64,000 nt of DNA from Eledone cirrhosa. Taxonomy: Eukaryota. Below, in pieces: positions 55,055 to 64,000 of this stretch. A program made the position numbers and the translations under genes. Every line of letters begins with the position of its first letter. The first letter of the stretch is position 1. The notes under the pieces were generated by a model. The model was not told where the DNA came from and made no database searches. It saw nothing but the letters and a program-made list of their open reading frames with translations. The stretch spans positions 56,730,001-56,794,000 of the forward strand of contig OZ024743.1 of assembly GCA_964016885.1 (NCBI GenBank), given 5' to 3'.

Positions 55055-55925
55055 ATAATGATTATTTCTAATTTAGGTACAAGGCTAGCAATTTTTGAGG
55101 GGAGGGGGAAAGTTGATTATATTGACTCCAATATTTGATTAGTACTTTATTTTATTGACCCAAGAAAGCATTTTGTTTGATGGTCTAATAGTTCTGCCAA
55201 TCCACCACACTAATAATACTAATGTTAAGAATGGTTTTTACTTTAAACACAAGGCCAACAATTTGAGGGAGTGGGGAGTCAACTAAATTGACCCCAATGT
55301 GTTACTGGTACTTTATTTTATCGAACATGTAAGGATGGAAGGCTAAGCTAACTTCCGCAGGATTTGAACACAGAACGTAAAGGTTCGTAACTCTTTGCTG
55401 CAAAGCATGGTGTCTGACGCTCAATACTGCCAATAATAATAATAATTGTTTCTAATTTTGGCACAAGGCCAGCAATTACCCCAGTGCATTACTGGTACTT
55501 TATTTTATCAACCCCGTAAGGATGAAAGGCAAAGTTAACTTTGGCGGGATTTGAACTCAGAACGTAAAGAGCCATAACTCTATGCTGCAAAGCATGGCGT
55601 CCAACCCTCTACTGATACTGCCAATAATAATAGCAATAATGATTTCTACTATAGGCACAAGGCCAGCAATTTGGCGAAAAGGTAAAGTCGATTAGATTAA
55701 CCCCAGTACATTACTGGTGCTTTATTTTATCAACTACATAAGGATGAAAGGCTAAGCTAACCTCGACAGGATTTGAACCCAGAATGTAAAGAGTCGTAAC
55801 TCTGCTGCAAAGTATGTTTTCCAATACTGCCAATAATAATAATAATTTAGGAGAAGGACTGTTACTTTATTTATTGATCCAGGAAGGATAGAAAACCAAG
55901 TAGACTTCAATAGGATTTGAAATAG
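55055..55925 (-). mobile_element. Cluster of about five head-to-tail Meta-domain-like SINEs
   Basis: Repeated ggcacaaggccagcaatt...actggtactttattttatc...ggatgaaaggc...gatttgaactcagaacgtaaa units separated by (aat)n. Confidence 0.85.
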
Positions 55926-56390
55926 AACAAATAATAAGTGGACATATGATGATGATGATAGTTGAAGCTAAAGGGAAATTATGTAAGACTATACAAAACT
56001 TGCTGTTTATTTAGTATGATGATGATGATAATAATGGTTATATAACTCATTTTTATTTCAAACGTGAATTATGGTAACCACACTGTTAAAGTTAGAAAAA
56101 AATGAAGGAAAAAAAAAATCCACTTTTTTTTCTTTCTTTTCCTTACAATAACATCACAGGTACTACTGTAGAATGAAATCTAACTGCAATCTGAAGCCAA
56201 ACTGTCGTATGTAATGAAATAAATAATTGTCATGCATATTAATTGATGGCAGACAGCAGACTTTTGAGTGGTTACCTGGGTGCCTCAACGATGCGTTAAA
56301 CAGCCAAGATTTAACCTAGCTCTATGTCATACCTGAAATATGAAATAACATTTAAAGACAAATTTAAATTTAAATAAACATTGTATATAT

Positions 56391-58898
56391 AATAATAATA
56401 TATAAGGGAACAAAGAATCAGTGTTGCATCATATAAATATTTAATTACATATTACATGTGATATTGTCGGGGAGAAGTGTGTCCGTAATGATGATGGTGT
56501 ACTTGCCATCACTAATGCTGATAAGAAGGTAGCTTGGAAGTGTCACTACGAGAGGCTACTAAATGAGAAGAATAAATGGGACAAAGACAGTCTGCTCCAC
56601 ATCGATCCAATAGAGGGACCAGCAGTGCAAGTTGAAGGTAGTATAATAAGTAAGGCAATCAAAGATATGAAGACAGGCAAGGCGGCTGGGCCTTCAGAGA
56701 CAGTTGCTGAAATGCTGAAAGCATCTGGAATGGTGGGACACACTATGGTCACCCGGATAGTAAACCAAGTCATACAGAATGGGGTCATACCAAAAGACTG
56801 GCGTAGCAGCATCATCATTAACTGCTACAAGAGTAAAGGAGATGCCCTAGATAGGGGAAACTATAGAGGCGTTAAATTAATTGACTAGGTCATGAAGGTC
56901 ACAGAAAAAGTTATAGCGCAACTAATCAGAGAGCGAATTGAGCTAGATGAAATGCAGTTTGGGTTTGTGTCAGGTAAAAGTACTACAGATGCTCTTTTCC
57001 TTGTACGACAACTACAAGAGAAGTACCTAGATAAAAGTAAACCCCTATACTTAGCTTTTGTTGACTTGGAAAAAGCATTTGACTGAGTCCCCCGCTCCAT
57101 TATCTGGTGGGCTCTCAGAAAACTAGGTGTTGATGAATGGCTTGTGAGAGCTATACAAGCCATGTATAAAGAAACAGCCAGCAATGAATATAGTGAAGAG
57201 TTTAGCGTAAAAGTTGGTGTTCATCAGGGCTCTGTCCTTAGCCTCCTACTATTTATTATTGCCCTTCAGGCTATAACAGAGGAGTTCAAGACCGGCTGCC
57301 CATGGGAACTTCTATACGCAGATGATCTAACGCTCATAGCTGAATCAATGGCTGAACTAGAGAAGAAATTCCAAACATGGAAGCATGGCCTAGAATCAAA
57401 AGGCCTTAAAATTAACTTGTCTAAGACTAAAGTTCTAGTATGTAGGAAGGAAAATAGGGCACTGGTCCCCTCTGGGAAATGGCCATGCTCAGTGTGTAGG
57501 AAAGGAGTAGGCAGAAACTCCCATTTTATGTCCCAAATGCAAAGTATGGGTGCATAAAATATGTAGTGGGATCACAGGTAAACTAACTAAGAACATAGAT
57601 TTTTATATGTGGCCGGTGCTCAGGTACAATAAGTAGTAGCAAGTGCCCACAGGATACTAGCTCCTTCCATTGCCCAGATGGTTCTATAGAAATAGTGGAC
57701 AGCTTCCGTTACCTGGGTGACAAAATCAGCAGTGGTGGAGGGTGCTCTGAAAGTACAGTAGCTAGAGTAAGAACTGGATGGAAAAAGTTCAGAGAGCTTA
57801 TACCACTATTGGCTGCTAAAGGTTTCTCTCTAAAAATGAAAGGCAGACTGTATGATGCCTGCATACAAACACCAGTGTTACATGGCAGTGAGACATGGGC
57901 ATTGTGTGCAGAGGATCTACGCAGACTGGAGAGGAACGAAGCTTGCATGCTCCGTTCGATGTGTAATAGAATGTGTACAAGAATGGCAAAGCATAAATGA
58001 ACTAAGTGAGAAATTAGGAATAAGAGGGATCAGATGCTGTTTACTCGAGAGAAGACTACGTTGGTATGGTCACGTGATGCGCATGAAAGACGACAGCTGT
58101 ATAAAAAAGTGCAGGCCGATCAAAATAGATGGTAGCTACGGAGTAGGCAGACCCAGAAAAACCTAGGACGATTTGATAAATTCCGACCTTACACACTTAC
58201 ACCTCTCCAAGACAATGTCACTGGACCGAGATCTTTGGCGCTATGCAGTAATACAGAAGACCCGCCTTGCCTAAGTACAAAGCGAAACCTAGTCAGTAGG
58301 CACCTCTTAACCAAAAATACATCCCCATCCCACTACACCTACCCCCTCCCCCATCTACACCACCCCTTTCGCTGTAAAGTTATTTTGGTACCACAACATC
58401 CAGTCCTAAATAAATGAGGTCGTGTAGGTGTCACGACAAAAAAAAAAACAGTCCACATTGTAATGTGGCCGTGTAGATAACACGGTGAAAACCTCCCAGT
58501 CCACACTGTAAACGTGGTTGGTATTAGGAAGGGAATCCAGCCGTAGAAAACCTGCCAGACAGTCCTATATGAGCAAGACAACCAATCTTGCCTCAAGTGG
58601 GACAATTCCCGTCTAAACCCATGCTAGTGTGGAAGATAGACGTTAAACGATGATGAGGATGATGATGATGTTTCACTGTTGATCAGCTCAAGGAATGATT
58701 GATCCTGACTCTGGAATTGGAAGCTCCTCAGATATGTGTTAACATGTAGACTTGCATCTACAGCTTCCGATTCCAGAGTCAGGATTGATCATTAATCGAT
58801 CGTTCCTTGAGCTGATCGACAGTGAAACATATGTAATATGTAATTAAATATGTATATGATCCAACACTGATTCTTTGTTCCCTTATATATTATTATTA
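56391..58898. mobile_element. Palindromic MITE split by a LINE insertion
   Basis: 56391-56460 plus 58671-58726 form the reverse complement of 58761-58898. Confidence 0.85.
56461..58670 (+). mobile_element. 5'-truncated RTE-type LINE; RT pseudogene with stops and frameshifts
   Basis: Motifs GKAAGP, NYRG, QFGF, AFVDLEKAFD, QGSVLS, LLYADDL, FRYLG, GSETW, LRWYGHV; (GAT)n tail. Confidence 0.95.
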
Positions 58899-59944
58899 TC
58901 ATTGATACTCTCCCCACGAGCATCAAGTGTTCATATCGGCATATTGCCTACAGACACAATTAATTTTCACCTTTAATATATATATATATAAAAAGACTCT
59001 GAAAATTATATTTCTTTGTAACATTCATATTAGCTGTGATATAAAGTTCCTACTGTAAAAATAATATCACAACATTAGTATTTATAATGTTAACTCAATG
59101 TTAAGTGCTATAGGAAATCTCATTAGCAAAACATTTTTAGAAAGTATAAAACAGTACCATGACTGCATCACATTAGTTCTTACTATATAACTGTATATTT
59201 TCACAAAAATCTGTCCAGTAGTAAAGATACTATAAACATGAAAGAATATTTGTAAAACACTCTCGAAAATATAAAATACTATGAATGCATCACACTAAAA
59301 ATTGAAATCTTTACCCCAGTGCTACAAATTTTCACAAACTGTCCAGTAGTAAAAAATATAAACATTTGAATTAATAAACCCACTTTCAGATATTTTCTGC
59401 TTAAATCATTATAGGACATTAGAAATTTAAATTCTTACAACTGGCAAACATGCAAAATAAAATCAATCAAAAGTTTTATAAATTCAATCTGGAAATGGAA
59501 AATAGCTGAAAGAAGAAACTTAAGCTGTGCCATATGCTGCTGGATTTATCGTCAATTTCTCTTAGAATTTGATAAAATTGCAAGGAGTTAATGAAACTAA
59601 AGAAAGATATATTAAAATGTTCAGTTACTTCCATCAATATAAAATATAATTTGAACAGAAAAGAGTCAACAATAAAAATATATTAAAAAAAGTGGAAAGT
59701 CTATGAAGTGTGTAGTAAGTTTGTAATTTCAAAATGTTTTGCTACCAAACAAAGTACCACAATACATAACTATCACTGTAGAATAGGCAGAAAAAAGTAG
59801 ATGATTGTTTTTCTGCCTCATAGGATTATATATAAATCTCCAATTTATTCTCAACTATTCTCAACACCAGCATAACCTCTGATGTCTATTGCCAACAACT
59901 TCACAGATTAGTGATGCAAATCACATAGGAGTGCTTACACCATG

Positions 59945-60272
59945 GTCCTGTTCGATTCCATCATGATAATGCTTGGCCACAAACATCAAGGATGACTCGT
60001 GAGAAGCTGCTGGAACTAGATTAGGAGGATCTGTCTATCACCTTTTTCTTTCAATGAAAAATGCAAAGCAAAGACTTTTCCCAATGAAAACCAGTTAAAT
60101 CAGTGGCTGACTGAATTCTTTGCATCATAGCCAGAAGAATTCTACAGCGATGGAATCATGTGCCTTCCTAAACGATGCCAAACAAAAATCACAAATGATA
60201 GCGATTATTTTGACTTGTAAAATTTTCCTAATAAAGATTTTTAAAACAGTGAAAACTTTGTCCAACCTTATA
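59945..60272 (+). mobile_element. Mariner transposase C-terminal relic
   Basis: HDNAWP... and WLTEFFAS*PEEFYSDGIMCLPKR motifs. Confidence 0.7.
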
Positions 60273-61134
60273 CTATCCTATAAAGTATAATATATATAAA
60301 CTATCCTATAACGTATAAGAGGGAGGTAAACATAGAAGTGTTAAATAAAGGGGGAGGGGCAGAAAACCTCAAATAACCTTCCTAAAATAGGTTTCATCAA
60401 GGCTAACTCTCTACAAAACAGAGGTTTTCTCATATATCTAGAACGACTTTTATGTATAAAACCTAATTTTAGTGGTATTAGATGTGAAATGATGAGTCTC
60501 CCTGAGAACAACATTAAGGGTACACATGTCTGTGGAATGCTCAGCCACTTGTATGTTAATTTCATGAACAGGTTGATCCATTTGTCAAACGACTGGAACA
60601 CTCATTGTCTAACCTAACAATGGTCCACACATGTGTGTGTATGCGTGCATGCGAATGTGTGTGCATGCGCGTGTGAGTGTATGCGCATGTGTGTGTGTGC
60701 ACATGAGAAGAGTTGACAGTAGAGAACCAGTTAGAGATGTTCATCAGTAAAGATAGCAAAATACTTAAGGTGTTCAAGGTAAATAGATTGTCTTTTTATG
60801 ATGATGACAGGTAAATCAGCAGGTGTGACTACTATAGGTATGATGGCAGGTCAATAGTCAATAATCCAACAGGTGTGACTAATGTAGCTATGAGAGCAGC
60901 TATACCAACAGGTGTTAATAGTTCAGTGAAAACATCAATACTGAAATCCCTATAAAGTAGGGCACACACAATAGCTGGACCTTTTATCCCAGATAAAGTG
61001 AATTGATGGCAATCCTGTGATACAAGGTGGACTGGGGTCATGGTTAGTACTTCAGTAGAGGAGGGAGAGAGATGAAGAGGTTATCTATTGTTATGTACAT
61101 TCCAGACTAGAAAAACAACTGCTGTTAAAAAGAC

Positions 61135-62830
61135 AGTGGTGGTGTTGGTGGTTGTGGTGGCATGGATGGTAGTGATGATGGTAGTGGTGGTGGTGGTGGT
61201 GATGGTGCTGATGATGGTGGCAGTAGTGTTGTTGGCGGTTGTGGTGGCATGGATGGTAGTGATGATGGTAGTGGTGGTGGTGGTGGTGATGATGCTGATG
61301 ATGATGGTGGCAGTAGTGTTGTTGGCGGTTGTGGTGGCATGGATGGTAGTGATGATGGTAGTGGTGGTGGTGGTGGTGGTGGTGATGGTGCTGATGATGG
61401 TGGCAGTAGTGTTGTTGGCGGTTGTGGTGGCATGGATGGTAGTGATGATGGTAGTGGTGGTGGTGGTGATGGTGCTGATGATGGTGGCAGTAGTGTTGTT
61501 GGCGGTTGTGGTGGCATGGATGGTAGTGATGATGGTAGTGGTGGTGGTGGTGGTGGTGGTGATGGTGCTGATGATGGTGGCAGTAGTGTTGTTGGCAGTT
61601 GTGGTGGCATGGATGGTAGTGATGATGGTAGTGGTGGTGGTGGTGGTGGTGGTGATGGTGCTGATGATGGTGGCAGTAGTGTTGTTGGCAGTTGTGGTGG
61701 CATGGATGGTAGTGATGATGGTAGTGGTGGTGGTGGTGGTGGTGATGGTGCTGATGATGGTGGCAGTAGTGTTGTTGGCAGTTGTGGTGGCATGGATGGT
61801 AGTGATGATGGTAGTGGTGGTGGTGGTGGTGGTGGTGATGGTGCTGATGATGGTGGCAGTAGTGTTGTTGGCAGTTGTGGTGGCATGGATGGTAGTGGTG
61901 GTGGTGGTGGTGGTGATGGTGCTGATGATGGTGGCAGTAGTGTTGTTGGCAGTTGTGGTGGCATGGATGGTAGTGATGATGGTAGTGGTGGTGGTGGTGG
62001 TGATGATGCTGATGATGATGGTGGCAGTAGTGTTGTTGGCGGTTGTGGTGGCATGGATGGTAGTGATGATGGTAGTGGTGGTGGTGGTGGTGGTGGTGAT
62101 GGTGCTGATGATGGTGGCAGTAGTGTTGTTGGCGGTTGTGGTGGCATGGATGGTAGTGGTGGTGGTGGTGGTGGTGATGGTGCTGATGATGGTGGCAGTA
62201 GTGTTGTTGGCAGTTGTGGTGGCATGGATGGTAGTGATGATGGTAGTGGTGGTGGTGGTGGTGGTGATGGTGCTGATGATGGTGGCAGTAGTGTTGTTGG
62301 CAGTTGTGGTGGCATGGATGGTAGTGATGATGGTAGTGGTGGTGGTGGTGGTGGTGATGGTGCTGATGATGGTGGCAGTAGTGTTGTTGGCGGTTGTGGT
62401 GGCATGGATGGTAGTGATGATGGTAGTGGTGGTGATGGTGCTGATGATGGTGGCAGTAGTGTTGTTGGCGGTTGTGGTGGCATGGATGGTAGTGATGATG
62501 GTAGTGGTGGTGGTGGTGGTGGTGATGGTGCTGATGATGGTGGCAGTAGTGTTGTTGGCAGTTGTGGTGGCATGGATGGTAGTGATGATGGTAGTGGTGG
62601 TGGTGGTGGTGGTGATGGCATGGATGGTAGTGATGATGGTGGTTGTGGTGCTGCTGCTGATGGCAGTAGTGGTGCAGCTGATGTTGATGGTATGGATGGT
62701 AGTAGTGATGATAGTAGTTTTGATTCTGATGGTGGTGGTGGTGATGCTGAAGATGTTGATGGCATGATGATGATGATGATGGTAGTGGTGGTGGTGATGA
62801 TGGCATGGATGGTAGTAATGTTGGTGGTGG
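61135..62830. repeat. ~72-78 bp GGT/GAT-rich minisatellite in an ICA1 intron
   Basis: Unit gttgtggtggcatggatggtagtgatgatggtagt(ggt)n gatggtgctgatgatggtggcagtagtgttgttggc. Confidence 0.95.
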
Positions 62831-63039
62831 TGCCGTTACTGCTATTTATGATAATTGTGATAGTGGTGATGCTGACGATAAACGATGAGTGTGAAAGAAT
62901 ACTAAGCTGATGGAAGGGATGGGGGGGGGGGGGGGAAGGTGAGGTAAGCTGTACGAGGAAGAAATGTGCATACTGACTTGCCTAAATGGTGCACACTAAA
63001 GACCTAAATGTTATTAGACTTGTCTTCTTCACACTCACT

Positions 63040-64000
63040 TCACCCTGCTTGCACATGTCTTCTGTAGTAAGGCATATTATCAACTTGATCCTATGTCATC
63101 TCTTTCTTGGTGTGTAGCTGCATGAGGTCAGCCTCCTTCACATCATCCCAAATTTTCCTAGGTCTTCCTCTTTCATAAGTTCCATCAACTTCAAATGCTC
63201 TGCACATCTTCATGCAGTTGTCATTCACAATATGTCCATACCAGCAGTTTCCTCCCCTTCACACAGCATCTAATGCTTTTATGTCTACTTTTTTTCTCAT
63301 CTCATTGATGCTTCAGTGTTCATGTACACTACTAATACACATCCATTGGAGCATACTTACCTTGTTTCTTTCCAATCTTTGTAAGTCCTCGGCACACAAA
63401 ACCCAAGTTTCACATTTATGCAGCCAGCAGTGATAATAACTCCCTGAGCTTTTCCCACTAGGTTCTCATTTTGGCTACTACACTTTCAGAATATCCACAT
63501 CCACTGCTAATTTGGTCACATAGGTAACAGAAGCTGAAACTACTTCTAGGGAAACATTTGAACATTTGATAGTTTGTTTGAAAGGAACTCTTACTGCATT
63601 TGTGCATCAGCCACATACAAAGCCTACATTCTTTGCTAGCGTGCCTGAGATTCTGCTACATTGCCTGTGTACCTATAGTTTACATTTGGTATATAGAACT
63701 GAATTTCTCCCTGCACCTTTACTGCATACTGAACACAGCCATTTCCCTGATGGAAATAAGGTCCTATTTTCTTTTCAACTTACTAGTATGCCAAGTTGAC
63801 TTTAAGGCCTTTCAATTCGAGGTTTTGGTTCCAAACTTGGAATTTCTTTTCTAATTCTGCTGCTAGATTCAGCTATGATGACTACTAGATCATCAGCCCT
63901 CTGTTATGGCCTGGATGTCAATAATAAATAGGTGAGGGCTGATGACTATCCCTGGTGGACTATCACCTGCATGCTGAATTCCTCATTATAAACATTGTTA
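63040..64000 (-). mobile_element. Decayed RTE-type LINE, opposite orientation to the 56461 copy
   Basis: Reverse-complement similarity to 57230-58260 (e.g. tctgaaagtgtagtagccaaaatgagaac; gctgatgatctagtagtcatcatagctgaatct). Confidence 0.7.

Noticed and set aside
61088-62910. Formin- or extensin-like Pro-rich and Gly-rich ORFs
   Set aside because: A trinucleotide-based minisatellite open on both strands, with no convincing splice sites linking it to ICA1.

Overview
AT-rich, repeat-dense eukaryotic genomic DNA; the SINE/LINE/microsatellite landscape fits a coleoid cephalopod (Octopus-like), which is an inference. Two convergent intron-containing genes can be assembled by hand from splice sites with consistent phases. 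(1) On the - strand, the C-terminal coding exons of an ICA1/ICA69 homologue (50625 down to 44076); its AH/BAR-domain exons are not in the window and presumably lie beyond 64000. (2) On the + strand, an unrecognised small protein of about 169 aa (exons 15128-15243, 24609-24761, 31839-32035, 34893-34964). It has two SUMO consensus motifs, a possible basic-region-less HLH-like segment, a poly-Asn tract and candidate alternative N-termini, and the ORF track misses most of it. The rest is tRNA-derived SINEs, RTE-type LINE relics (one 2.2 kb copy with a PHD-like finger, inserted in a palindromic MITE), Tc1/mariner and piggyBac-like MITEs, and satellites. One satellite is a ~45 x 60 bp array that appears to derive from a SINE tail. 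The long ORFs in the supplied track are almost all repeat artefacts.
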